Shown: positions 1 through 12,945 of the stretch, piece after piece
Layout: each line of letters begins with the position of its first letter
Position numbering within the stretch: the stretch's first letter is position 1
Notes under the pieces: generated by a model
The model's input: the letters and a program-made list of their open reading frames with translations, nothing else
Database searches by the model: none
Told to the model about the DNA's origin: nothing
Source of the DNA: Octopus sinensis
Lineage: Eukaryota
Direction: 5' to 3'
NCBI RefSeq assembly: GCF_006345805.1
Contig: NC_043013.1
Coordinates: 41,602,001 to 41,666,000, forward strand
DNA length: 64,000 nt
Made by a program: the position numbers and the translations under genes

Positions 1-216
1 GGTCTTTTTTGTCTCCTTATCGCACAGGAATGTCCATTGCTGACCTCCTCACCATCTGCCGAATCTAATTACAGACCTGTAGAATTTGGTCTATTCACCA
101 AGCTGTTACTCTTCATCCTACTATTCCCTTCAACACTCACATATTTATGATCATCTCAAGTACAAGACAAAACTTGAAACCAAACAACATTTAATACCTT
201 TTAATAATAAATGGAA

Positions 217-225
217 ATAATAATG

Positions 226-292
<67 letters not shown>

Positions 293-317
293 TGATGATG
301 ATGATGATGATGATGAT
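217..317. repeat. (AAT)n then (GAT)n microsatellite
   Basis: Direct trinucleotide runs. Confidence 0.95.
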
Positions 318-346
318 TGAGCCAAAACTCATAATAAGTGTCAAAC

Positions 347-502
347 TATATGAAAAGAAAGAATGGTGGCAGAGGACTAATTAATATAGACCATTGTATA
401 AGGAGTGAAAGGAGAATGCTTGCTGAGTATTTGATAAATAGTGACGAAGATCTGCTGCAATATACGGGGACCCATATTATTATTGATAAGCTTAAATGCT
501 AA
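347..502 (+). pseudogene. R4/Dong-type non-LTR retrotransposon fragment (post-RT thumb region)
   Basis: Translates YMKRKNGGRGLINIDHCIRSERRMLAEYLINSDEDLL, matching the LYxxRxxGGRGL motif of R2/R4-clade RTs. Lies directly after a (TAA)/(TGA) run. Confidence 0.7.
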
Positions 503-934
503 AGTTAGAACGATGGTGGTAATGATAATCAACGTGATTATGGTGGCGACACAATGCGAGCACTTTATTTATATATATATATATGTGTGTATGTACATAC
601 ATGTGCACGTGTATATACAAATAAAGAGAGGACGAGAGAGATGGAATCTCAATAACGACTCTCGTGGGAACCCCACAAACGACTCATGAAATCATGATGC
701 AATACAGCAAGGAAAGAATTAACGGCGAGAATGAAGCTATAGCCGACCATGGTGAAGGTTTTCTGCCCGGCACGTCCGAAACCGCCCGCATCAGGGGCAG
801 TGATCTGGCCTCGGTCGGTCGTTGTGCCACAACAGATCACATACATGGTGTGCGCAAAAACAGACATAAGTGAACGAAGGAAGAGTACGATACACTTATT
901 GAATGTCATGAAAGAGCAAAGCTGCAAAGAAGTC

Positions 935-1316
935 CCGCAATGGCCCAGTGGTTAGAGCAGCGGGCTCGCGGTCGTAGGGTCGTGGTTTCGATTCCCAGAC
1001 CGGGCGTTGTGAGTGTTTATTGAGCAAAAACACCTAAAGCTGCACGAGACTCCGGCAGGGGGGTGGTCGTGAACCCTTCTTTACTCTTTCATCGCAACTC
1101 TCTCTCACTCTTCCTGTTTCTGTTGTACCTGTATTTCAAAGGGTCAGCCTTGTCACACTCTGTGTCAGGCTGAATCTCCCCGAGAACTGCGTTAAGGGTT
1201 CCCATTTCTGTGGAGTGCTCAGCCACAGACACGTGTGCTCGTTAATTTCACGAGCAGGCTGTTCCGTTGATCGGATTAACTGTAACACTCGTCATCGCAA
1301 CCGACGGAGTGCCACG
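935..1316 (+). mobile_element. tRNA-derived SINE, family A (near full length)
   Basis: A box TGGCCCAGTGG 941-951 and B box GGTTTCGATTCC 984-995. Body recurs reverse-complemented at 17308-17505 and 27095-27387. Confidence 0.85.
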
Positions 1317-1385
1317 ATATATAGAAACTATTTAAACTATTTAAAAATGCTTCAGCTTCAAAGCTACGGCCATGCATATTATTTC

Positions 1386-1400
1386 TGTGTGTGTGTGTGT

Positions 1401-1466
<66 letters not shown>
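1386..1466. repeat. (GT)n microsatellite
   Basis: Direct run. Confidence 0.95.
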
Positions 1467-1469
<3 letters not shown>

Positions 1470-1537
1470 ATAAACCACTGAGGGGTCAAAAGTAATACAA
1501 AATACATGAATTGATATTTAGAAGTATATATTTTCAA

Positions 1538-1977
1538 GGCGGTGAGCTGGCAGAAAGGTTAGCACGCCGGGCGAAATGCTTAGTGGTATTTCGTCTGCCG
1601 TTACGTTCTGAGTTCAAATTCCACGAGGTCGACTTTGCCTTTCATCCTTTCGGGTTCGATAAATTAAGAACCAATTACACCCTGGGGTCGATGTAATCGA
1701 CTTAATCCGTTTGTCTGTCCTATGTTTAGCTCCTTGTGGGCAATAAAGAAATAAGAAGTATATATTTTCAAAACTTATATATATGCAAGTAATTAACCGG
1801 CGTCTTTAGTTCGTAGAATTTCAACACCACTTAAGTTCAAATTCCGCCGAGGTCGACTTTGCCTTTCATCCCTTCGGAGTCGATAAATTAAGTACCAGTT
1901 GCGTACTTGGGTCGATCTAATCGACTGGCGCCCTCCCACAAAATTTCGGCCCTTGTGCCTAGAGTAGAAAACAATTT
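1538..1977 (+). mobile_element. Two SINE family B copies (1538-1755 and partial 1797-1977)
   Basis: Head GGCGAGCTGGCAGAA...GAGTTCAAATTCC and body GAGGTCGACTTTGCCTTTCATCC recur many times in the window. Confidence 0.85.
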
Positions 1978-3242
1978 CAATACCACTAGAACGAGTCCAC
2001 ATTTTCCCCTTTCGTCAACGTATGATTTCAATCTTAGTATATTCTGTTTAATGTTGAATGTTTTCCTTAAGATCTCATAGAAATGTAGAAAGCGAAATTC
2101 GCTATCTTGAAAAGTGTTTGAAGGAAAAAATGTAATGGTAATTGCACCGGATTTCAAAAATATTACAACTGAAGTCAGTGTGTGTTTTAACAGAGTTCAC
2201 TCTCGTAACTCAACACCGATACACAATGTCTTAAGCTGGGAAGATCGAATTCAAAGTGCACATTGATAGAATCGTGCAATTATAACACTGAGAAGAGGAT
2301 CAGAAGTTAAGCTACTTTGTTTGGTTTAGTTCATGTTCGATGAGGCAATACTTCGAACGAAAACAGCTATTGAGAGTGAGATTTGAATTTTATTCGTATT
2401 GAATATTTTTATATCTATGTTCCAGTGGTAAGTCTTCCTTCATATAAAGAAGATCATTTTCTCTAAGTATTTCTACTTTTTGATTACATGGTAGATTAAA
2501 CCAATTTCTGATTCGTTTTGTACTTTAGGATCAGCTGTTCTATGAGAAGATTCAATTCACGCAATTTTCTCCTTGAACAGTTTGTCTTTAAATCTTCACC
2601 GTACGCAGAAAGTTCATTGGAATGATCTTTAGAATATTTCCTCGCTAACAGATATCTATAATCTAATTGAGACATTCTTACCCAGGATATCTAAACGTTC
2701 TGGATGTAATTTCATCTCTTTTTATGTATGTAATTATGGAATACACTTAATTGCATCCACACGAAACAAATAGTAAAAAGAGATGTTTCGGCGCAGCCGT
2801 TTTGGCGTCATTGACTCGATGATGACTTATTTGGCATCAGACTTTTTAATGTTTTTCTCGTTCTTCCGCCCTGTCTCCCTCCTCATTCTCTCTTTATGAG
2901 TGTGAGCATATTTCAGTATATGTATGAGAAAGAAATTCCCAATCTCAATTGTAAAGTATTCAATAAACTATAATAACAGTCTCTTCTTATTTTCCTCCCA
3001 CTATTTATATATGTGTGTTTATATTTCTTGGCGATGTAAGCACAAGATTACCTACATCGCTAATTCGTTGCCATCCACAAACAGAAAATAAGGACTTAAT
3101 ATAATCCGATTCACACATCCTTTCTACGAATTTTTTTAATCCGGCGCAGCGAAACAATTTTTAGCCTTAAGAAATAAAAATGATCTGATAATCAAATTTA
3201 TGGAAATTTGTTCACAGAAATAATTTAAAACTGAATTATAGG

Positions 3243-3402
3243 CGCGTGAGTGGCTGGGTGGTAAGGGGTTTACTTCTCAATTACATGGTTCTGAGTTCAG
3301 TCCCACTACATGACACCTTGGGCAAGTGTCTTCTACTATATCCTCAGTCCAACCAAATCCTTGTGAGTGAATTTGGTAAACGGAAACTGAAAGAGGCACA
3401 TC

Positions 3403-3480
<78 letters not shown>
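3243..3480 (+). mobile_element. SINE family C, 5' half (tRNA head + CORE-like segment) ending in (AT)n
   Basis: CACCTTGGGCAAGTGTCTT resembles the CORE-SINE core (GACCTTGGGCAAGTTACTT); more than 10 copies in the window. Confidence 0.8.
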
Positions 3481-3482
<2 letters not shown>

Positions 3483-3972
3483 ATATATACATATTTATAA
3501 GATATGGTGAATTTATGGAATGAAGTCCCATAAAATTCATCAATTTAGTTAAAAATGGAGGAGACAAGTTGTTAAGATATAGAAGTTTAATTCTTGCAGA
3601 CGATCGTTTCGTACAGAGATATAATAATAACGTAAATTCAGGATTTAATCAAATTAAATCAATTAAATATCACCGTTCTATTCAGTGTAGAAAGTAGAAA
3701 CCATAATACAAAGAAATTGAGAAGGAATATAGTAGAAAAATTGAATCTAGTAGATTCATACTTTAATCCGTCTGAGAAAGAGATGTGAGTCATGTCGGAT
3801 ATTTATCCATGACTCTGAGTAATTTTTGTAAGAAAACCAACTGATACAAACTGCAGTCACAGAATGTATACCAGTTTACCATCTTATTTAGTGATGTAGG
3901 CTGAAGCAGTTATCTACAAGGCTGAGTACATCTCCACAAAGTTAAATCTCACAACCATGTTTACACATTATC

Positions 3973-4737
3973 CTTTCTTTTACTCTTTTACTTGTTTCAG
4001 TCATTTGACTGCGGCCATACTGGAGCACCGCCTTTAATCGAACAACTCGACCCTGGGACTTATTCTTTTGTAAGCCCAGTACTTATTCTATCGGTCTCTT
4101 TTGCCGAACCGCTAAGTAACGGGGACACAAACACACCAGCATCGGTTGTCAAGCAATGCTAGGGGGACAAACACACACACGCACATATATATATATAAAC
4201 ATATATACGACGGGCTTCTTTCAGTTTCCGTCTACCAAATCCACTCACAAGGCTTTGGTCGGCCCAAGGCTATAGCAGAAGACACTTGCCCAAGGTGCCA
4301 CGCAGTGGGACTGAACCCGGAACCATGTGGTTGGTAAACAAGCTACTTACCACACAGCCACTCCTGCGCCTGTAGCCACTCCCTTTCTTTCTTTTTATTC
4401 GTTTCGGTCATTAGACCGCGGCCATGCGGGAGCACCACCTTGAAGAGCTTTTAGCCGAAGGAGTCGACCACATTACTTATTTTAAGCCTAATTTTTATTC
4501 TATATGCTTCTTTTGCGAAACCGTTACGTAACTGGTACGTAAACAAACCAACACAGGATTTCAAGCGGTGAGGGTGGACAAATAGTCACAAAGATACATG
4601 CACACATACACACACACACACACTCACTCACACAGACACACACACACACACAGACCACACACACACACACACACCACTCACTCACACAGACACGCACACA
4701 CACACACAGACACAGACACAGACACACACACACACAC

Positions 4738-4786
<49 letters not shown>

Positions 4787-4945
4787 CGGACTTCTTTTAG
4801 TTTCTGTCTACTAAATCCATTCACAAGGCTTTTGTCTGTTCGAGGCTATAGTAGAAGACACTTGCCCAATGTGTCCCGCAGTGGGACTGAACCCGGAACT
4901 ATGTGATGGGGAAGTAAAATGTATACCAAACTGCCACGCCTGCGC
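3973..4945 (-). mobile_element. Two adjacent SINE family C copies with internal (CA)/(TA) microsatellite
   Basis: Tail half TTTTACTCTTTTACTTGTTTCAGTC..., internal microsatellite, then head half ...GGGACTGAACCC...; copies at 3973-4372 and ~4385-4945. Confidence 0.85.
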
Positions 4946-5658
4946 CTGAATGATAAATTTAAAGAAAGATATTTCAAACCTACTCATTCGTTCAAAAACA
5001 CAGAAAAGAGAAACGCAATCTAATAATTTACTTTCGTGTGGGCATTGAAAAAATACTGTCCACCTTCAACGGAAACTGAAAGATGCCCGAAAGATGCTAC
5101 AAAGCCTAGTTGTTTTTCTTTGGTGAGGAAAAGAATTTCGCCAAAAGCATCTAGAAATCCGCTGATTATATAATATCCATATCAGGTATTCAATAAATGC
5201 TGTGAGCTCGAGAAATATCTGCTGAGTATTAGAAAGATATATCATCACCTGACAGAATTGATTAGCACACAGCTATATACCTGCAGCTATTACACACTCA
5301 CACGTCTTACTATTTCCTTAGCACGTTTGCTATAACAAGAATTATAATTTCTACGTCTCTATCTTCAAAATGAAACATCATTCCCTTCACTAGCTTCTAT
5401 CACCTATTTCTAGTCTAATCTTCCTTGGAAATTAATACATCAGAATTAAATTTAATTCTCACCTAAGAGATAGATAATTATCATCTTAGGGCTTCAAATT
5501 GTCTTTCATCCAGTCTCACATTCTTAAAATTTTTACATATATATATGTGAGAGTGTGTGTGTGTCTGTGTGTGTGCTTGTGTGTATTTGTGTGTTATATA
5601 CATACAAACATGCATTCATACATATCTGTACAATGCGGATAAGACTATACATACGTAT

Positions 5659-5717
<59 letters not shown>

Positions 5718-6401
5718 ATATATGAGAATGTGTGTGTGTTTTTGTGCGTTCATGTGTGTGTGCATATACATGCACACACACGCACACATATATGAACACA
5801 GTGCTTAGGCATATGTTCCATCGGCATGCGTATTAATTAAACAACACACAATTGAAATTACAGGCACACACACACACATGTACCTGTGTGTTTCTGAACA
5901 CACACACACACACACACACACATACACACACAGAGAGACACACATGTACCTGTGTGTTTCTGAACACACCCACACTCATATATATACATACGTGTATCCA
6001 ATTGATAGCCTCAGACAGTCTAAACGAAATAAGAAACCCTAAATTATAGATATCTCAAAAGTGACGACTTTTAGCCACTATCACAACGGGAATAAGACAT
6101 GTGTAACCGAAAATACTTATCGCCATTTTCAATATTTTTCATGGACAGAAAACGTTATGTAGGTTTTGATTTTTTATCTCATGATGAATGCCGTACTCGA
6201 GTGTCATGAAACATTATAGGTCATTAAATATTATAGGTTAATTGTAAGGTTATAGGTTATTGTATATTAATGCCATACCTCTATGTCATGAAATATTATA
6301 AGGTAAACCTGTTTGTTTCAATAAATATTCAAGTATTTTAATGTATTCAGGACTTGACACTTGTTCGTGCAAACTTACAAAATACTATTTGTACATTTGT
6401 A

Positions 6402-6454
<53 letters not shown>

Positions 6455-6836
6455 TCATGCGTATACATGTGTGTGTGAGTGCGCGTGTGTGTGTACTATA
6501 TATACATTTATGTGTATACATGTTTCTGTTTATACATACATACATACATACATACAAACATACACACACACACATATCTATATACACAAACCTATAATTA
6601 TATGTGTTCGTCGCTTCGATGAAGCTATAAGGTGATACTCAAGGACTCAACTATGAGTGCACTATATCTAATAGCAGAAATAGCTGTAAAGCTATGAGGT
6701 TCATAACGTAATAGCTTATTCTTTGGTTATCCTAATTTTTTGTTACTGCTCTGTACTCGACTGACGCTTCTTTCTGAAGCATATGAATGTTGAGTTGTAG
6801 GTTATTACGGTCGCTATGCCCAAGCAAAATATTATA

Positions 6837-6875
<39 letters not shown>

Positions 6876-7679
6876 CAACTGTATAAATATATGGATATAG
6901 ATACATTAAGATATATACTATACATATATACATACACCCAGGAACACATATACATGTACGTATGTATATATCGGGAGTGAGAAAGTATACGAAAAGAAAA
7001 AGAAATACAAGAAGATGAAAAAGAAACTCGATAGAAAGAAAGAGAAAATAAGAAATAAATAGAATCAAAAAGAAAAAAATGTATATAGACTGAGTGAGTA
7101 GAAGAAAGAAAATGAAGAGTAAAAGAAAAGATCGGATAAAAAGCAGACACGAAAGACGGTTAACTTGGAATATCTATTAAATTATTTGAAATTTCTCAAA
7201 AAGAAATATCTTTAGAATATTCTGCTTTTGCAAGAAATTTGTGAACGAAATATGCAGATTCACACATTAGAAGTAGTTAATACAATTTAAAATAAGTTAA
7301 AATAATTCCTAATATCTCAGTTCAATTTGGGTAGAATGTTAAAAGATCAAAATTGTCGGGAAGTATGGAACACCCAAAAGATAAAATTTTAGAGATACTA
7401 AGTTACACACAAATGTCAGAATGGGGATTGCGATTTTATAAAACGCCTAGGTAAAGTTGGATAACCAAAGATACACTGAAAGAAGATTAATTTTAAAATG
7501 AATAACTCTAAATTGGGGTGAATGTAGAAGTATGATTTTATGTTTAAAAGGTTTCTTTGCGACCAGTTAATTTCGAATTGAATGACATTGTGTGTCACCA
7601 TTCATAATTGCCATGTAGGTGATTTGGTAGGCTGAAGCTGCATGGAAGCTCGCCGTATACGTATTTCTTTACGCATATC

Positions 7680-8110
7680 TAAATGTATGTATGTACGTAT
7701 GTATATATGTCATTTTTCAGTTTTATTTCAAGATTTCTTGCCAATTAACCTAGATCCAATGCTCCTTTATTGGAATTTGAACATCAACAACAGGGTATGT
7801 ATGTATATATGTATGTATGTATGCATGCATGCATGTATGTATGTATGTATGTATGTATGTATGTATGTATGTATGTATGTATGTATGTATGTATGTATGT
7901 ATGCAGATTTGAATGTTTTGCTTTATGTATGTATTCTCATGCATATAGTTGCATATTTAGACATGCTCACATATACTTAAATGATAAACTTCTGGAATGT
8001 TTTACAGATTTTTACAGTTCCAATGATGGATTGGATCTGTAGTCTCCGAATTAGCTTTCTCCTTTCTGATTTTGAGAATTCTAATTTCTCAAGATTGATA
8101 TTTAGGCAGT
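7680..8110 (-). mobile_element. 3' end of an RLE-type (R4-like) LINE with (CATA)n in its 3' region
   Basis: Minus-strand ORF end LEKLEFSKSERRKLIRRLQIQSIIGTVKICKTFQKF resembles the LQ..A.LGT..I C-terminus of RLE LINEs. A homologous copy lies at 12945-13300. Confidence 0.55.
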
Positions 8111-8112
8111 GT

Positions 8113-8363
8113 CTATGTATGTATGTATGTATGTATGTATGTATGTATGTATGTATGTATGTATGTATGTATGTATGTATGCATGTATGTATGTATGTAT
8201 GTATGTATGTATGTATGTATGTATGTATGTATGCATGTATGTATGTATGCATGTATGTATGTATGTATGTATGTATGTATGTATGCATGCATGTATGTAT
8301 GTATGTATGTATGTATGTATGTATGTATGTATGTATGTATGTATGTATGTATGAATGTATGTA
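8113..8363. repeat. (TATG)n microsatellite
   Basis: Direct run, with occasional TGCA variants. Confidence 0.95.
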
Positions 8364-8377
8364 TCAGAACAATATAC

Positions 8378-8660
8378 TGGAGGTATGAAACGTGTGGTTG
8401 CGTACGCCTTTCCAACGCTGGGTATGTCGGCAATCTCTCACATGAATGATGAATTTTATGCAACGTCCTTCCTCCTAGGCCGAGGGATTCGATATGTGTA
8501 GAATATGAAAAAGCTTGCAAGTCGATATCGGGTCTGAAGGGACATATGGCGCTTCACAGAGATCACATCTCGCAAACTTACAACTTTCATCTATCAGCTA
8601 TGCTTCGAACCATTCAGATCTGCAGAGGAATTGAATATTCACCTAAGAGGTTATAGACAA
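8378..8660 (+). pseudogene. Three degenerate C2H2 zinc fingers, probably a LINE (RTE-type) C-terminus
   Basis: In shifting frames: WRYETCGCVRLSNAGYVGNLSH; ICVEYEKACKSISGLKGHMALH; YQLCFEPFRSAEELNIHLRGY. Ligand spacing is kept, several ligands are mutated, and there are frameshifts. Confidence 0.5.
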
Positions 8661-8819
8661 TGTCAGATATGCCATTGATAACAGGAAGCTCAGAGAGATG
8701 CCAATCATCTGTAAAAGTGAAGTAATCGCCATGTATGTGTGTATATATGTGTTTGTGTGTGTGTGTGTGTTTTGTGTAACCATTTTTGTATTTCTTCATT
8801 TCCTACTTTTTAACAACTA

Positions 8820-9019
8820 GTACTCTTTTACTCTTTTACTTGTTTCAGTCATTTGTCTGTGTCCATGCTGGAGCACCGTCTTTAGTCGAGCAAATCGATC
8901 CTAGGACTTATTCTTTGTAAGCCTAATACTTATTCAATCGGTTCTTTTGCCGAACCGCTAAGTTACGGGGACGTAAACACACTACCATCGGTTGTCAAGT
9001 GATGTTGGGTACAAACACA

Positions 9020-9075
<56 letters not shown>

Positions 9076-9255
9076 CACATATATACGACGAGCTTCTTTC
9101 AGTTTCAGTTTCTGTCTACCAAATCCACTCACAAGCCTTTTGTCAGCCCGAGGCTACTGTAGAAGACACTTGCCCTAGATGTCACGCAGTGGAACTGAAC
9201 CCGGAACCATGTGGTTGGTAAGCAAGCTACTTACCACACAGTCGCTTCTACGCCC
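8820..9255 (-). mobile_element. SINE family C, full-length copy
   Basis: Same two halves and internal (CA)n as 3973-4372. Confidence 0.85.
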
Positions 9256-9639
9256 AGTGTAGATTTGTTTACCTCCCCGTCAGTTTGTTGGTTCGACAAA
9301 AAAACACAATATTTACATTCGAAACTGAAATCTATTTTCCCACTTCTAAGAGGTGTATTGTACAGAGACGACGGTTTTTATCCTTCTTATCAGTTAACAC
9401 CCGAAATACTGATAATCTTAAGAGAGTTTCCTACCTTTTCTTTAAAAATATGGAACAAACTTTGTATTTGTTAATTAGACGTTGTTCTTGATCTCTCTAC
9501 ATTTCTATACATAGAATGAAACGATTAGGTGCAGCTGTTTGGAACTGAGGATTTGGAACGGCTGACTAGACATTCAGCATGTTCTCGTACTGAAGGCGCG
9601 CGTACACAGGCACAGAGCCAAAGCACCCACCACTATATA

Positions 9640-10103
9640 TTCCTTTATTCTTTTACTTGTTTCAGTAATTTGACTGCGACCATACTGGAGAACCGCCTTT
9701 AGTCGAACAAATCGTCCCCAGGACATATTCTTTGTAAGCCTAGTATTTATTCTACCGGTCTCTTATGCCAACCGCTAAGTTACGGGGATGTAAACAGACC
9801 AACATCGGTTATCAAGCAACGGTGGGGGACAAACAGAAACACAAATACATACATGCGCACACACACGCACAAACATATACATACACACACACATATATTA
9901 TATTTGACGGGCTTCTTTTAGTTTCCGACTTCCAAATCCATTCACAAGGCTTTGGCCAGACTGAGGCTATAGTAGAAGGTACTTACCCAAGGTGCCACGC
10001 AGTGGGACTGAACCTGGAACCATGTGGCTGGGAAGCAAGCTTCTTACTACACAGCCACACCTGCGCCTAGCAAGCTTCTTACAACAAAGCCACTCCTGCG
10101 CCT
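9640..10103 (-). mobile_element. SINE family C, full-length copy with duplicated 5' head
   Basis: Family consensus; the head AGCAAGCTTCTTAC...CCTGCGCCT occurs twice in tandem (~10034-10103). Confidence 0.85.
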
Positions 10104-10135
10104 ATATATATACAATATATATGTATGTAGATATG

Positions 10136-10171
<36 letters not shown>

Positions 10172-10559
10172 TGTTGTATGTATGTATGTATGTATGTAGT
10201 ATGTATGTATGTGTGTGTGTATGTGCGTTTGTATGTCTGTATGAGTGTTAATTATATATACCTGTTTCTACTTTCAATACAAGCAGGGATATGAAAAAAT
10301 TAAGATCAAACTCCATCTAAATTATTTTAGATTTTTTACATTTCCCCAACAGGTTCTTCAGTTATTATTATAATTATTCGTTTGGTAGGGGGAAATAAAT
10401 GAGCATGTTTACTGATTTTTTTACTTTTTCCAAAAACTAGCAATATTACCAACAGCGTACTTTGCAGAATAACTCCCATTTATACACAGTTTGTATTTCA
10501 TAATAACTACATTTTACTTTTCCGTATTTCGTTTGTGTTATTGCCAGCATATTATTACA

Positions 10560-12250
10560 TTAAGCAGACTTGGTACTAAGAGAAATTTTCCGTCGCACGT
10601 TAGTCCAATGGTACAAATATTCAATAGAAGACATTTCTCTGATGACGGAATTTCGTATCTGCTGTCTGTGGACTGTCATGTCTCTGTCTCCCCTACTTAA
10701 TCTACATTACATCTCTTTCATTTAATAAGATACATAAAATTCCCTGAAGCACAAGTGAAGTTATTCTTTATAATAAATATCGGTCTTTATTTTAAATTCA
10801 TAAGTTACACCTTCAGTGAGATTAATACAGATTTCGTAGTTAGAGTGTCGGCACTTTTTGAATACTGACAATTTGGCTCTATATAGTTTGTTGCTTTAAG
10901 GACTTCTAGTGTTATTTTTTACTTCTTGTCTCCTTATAATACTTCTTGTGCTTGAGTGCAATTTTCATTTTCAGGTCTTCCTTCTGTAATGATATTTTCT
11001 GTTGAATATTGTTATATGCTTCTGTTTTAATTGGCTTGTTTGTTGACATAAACGACACAAAGCATTTAAAATATCTGAAGTATCAGTTTTTAGAGAATTA
11101 CTAAATATTTATCACTTTTGTACGTTTCGTTGCCTTTTAAATTAATGCTGGTTGATACGCCTTTCAAATAATATATTCTTTAATATTTGAAGCTATTTAT
11201 CTTCAGTTTCTAAAATGAATGCACTTTTGTCGATTTTTCTTAATAAAGCTTAGTTCAAATATTATATATGTTCTTGTACATTTGGATGTCAAAAGTTAAT
11301 TAACAAATTATTCTTTTCAATCTGATGGTTTGAAGTAGACGTCGATGACTTTGTTGTGCTTGTTCTTTGAATGTCTAGAGAAATTAAGCTGGCTTTTACT
11401 ACATTTCATCGTAAATTTAATAGTTAATTGTAATGCTTAGGGTTCAAACATATTTAGTTAATCGATATTATACCCATAGAAAAACCAATCCAAATGTTTC
11501 AAGTTGTCCATTATCTATTTATGGGAATTGTTGGCGTATCTTCATCTGGATTTTTCATATATTTGAACTTATAAGTATGCTATGACTTAATTAGCATGAG
11601 TTAGGTCAACTCTTGTTCCCATTGTAGTCTCAGATATATGACTGTACATATTGCCATTGAAATGAAAATAATCATTATAAAAGACAAATTTAATTTCTTC
11701 AAAAGTGCATTTAATTTTAATTTTTGCTCAGAGGATGCATTACAAAACATGTCCAGCCAAAGCAAAAATAACCGTTAATCCGTATTTATTTGGAATTATA
11801 CTATGAGAGTTCGTACATAAAACGAGACAATAACAGCATCAAAAGTTAGTTTATTTTTTTCAGGAAATGGTGAGTACTTCTAAGTTATCTCTTATGGAAC
11901 TCGGTGCGTAATTCAAAACATATTTCGAAAGGATATCCGAAAAGTTAATGAGATTCTGTATTTCAAAAGATCTGTTTTAATTTAATATCATTAGGATGTT
12001 GCAGATTACAACAGAACGAATATCTATTCTCGTTAGGCGTTGTGTAAAGAACCACTTTATGGCATTTTAGTGCTGTCGGAAAATTTACTAGGTTCACATT
12101 GAAGTAGAAACCTGTCTGCGTTCCTATCAGTTATTAAAATTAAAATAGGGTTAGTCATTTTTTAAGATATCTATTCCTTCGAAATTTGATTATTTCATTT
12201 ATACTATCAACCGAAGTTTTATATCATTCTCTAAATCCGTTGTTCCGAAC
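10560..12250 (-). pseudogene. Decayed Penelope-like retroelement: RT + linker + GIY-YIG endonuclease
   Basis: Minus-strand motifs in the correct order: DILSKYVLNYAPSSIRDNL; DAVIVSFYVRTLYSIIP; NDYFHFNGNMYSHISETTMGTRV; IKFTMKCSKSQLNF; DVYFKPSD; EICINLTEGVTYEFK; NNFTCASGNFMYLIK*KRCNVD*VGET; MTVHRQQIR. Many stops and frameshifts. Confidence 0.85.
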
Positions 12251-12333
12251 CTGGAGTCCGTGGACTCCTGCTAGTCCGCAAAGGTAGTACTGGGGTATGT
12301 GAACTAAGTTCAAAACTTAATATATAAACATTT

Positions 12334-12945
12334 TACCTACCACCATCCGCCCTGCCCCTCCAACGCACTATTCTTCGAGCCTTCAATCCGACTCCTCCAC
12401 CTCGCACATCATTCCCAATCTACCCCTTCCCTACTTTAAACGAGCCCACAACCTACGTGACCGGGTCTACAGTTTCTTCCTTAACCCCACCTCCCAACCT
12501 GGCTCGTTCAGAACGAGAATGGTATCCACCCATGCGAACCGGTTTGTTGGCTACGTTGAGGCCCAAATATTCTCACGATTCCCTAGTCCCACTCCCGAAC
12601 TATACGACCTCACTCTATACTATGCGACCTCACCCTCCCGCGAACAACTAGACTCCTTCCTCTCTTTTGTCCAATCCTTCTATCCTGCCCTCGAATTCTC
12701 CTGCACTTCCGTCGCATTTCTCGACATTTCAGTCAACATACACCACTCCACTCTCACTACTTCCATCTGCTGCAAACACACCGACTCACACTCATACCTT
12801 AACCCTTCTCCTCCCAACCCAACCCACAGCAACCTCTCAATATCCTATTTCCAATTCCTCCGTCCGCGCAGGCTCTGCAGTGACAACCATGACATCGAGA
12901 CTCAGTCTCAGCTCATGGTTCGCCACTTCAACCTTTGTGGATGGT
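12334..12945 (+). pseudogene. Second, different Penelope-like RT fragment with permuted segment order
   Basis: 12519 onward: TRM..THANRFVGYVEAQIF...FLDISVNIHHSTLTTSICCKHTDSHSYL...FQFLRPRRLCSD (PLE RT motif 4 to thumb). 12334-12510: QSDSSTSHIIPNLPLPYFKRAHNLRDRV (PLE linker, normally downstream of RT). Confidence 0.85.

Noticed and set aside
664-955. Short overlapping ORFs in a CpG-rich patch
   Set aside because: No recognisable motif in any of the six frames and no convincing splice signals; left unassigned.
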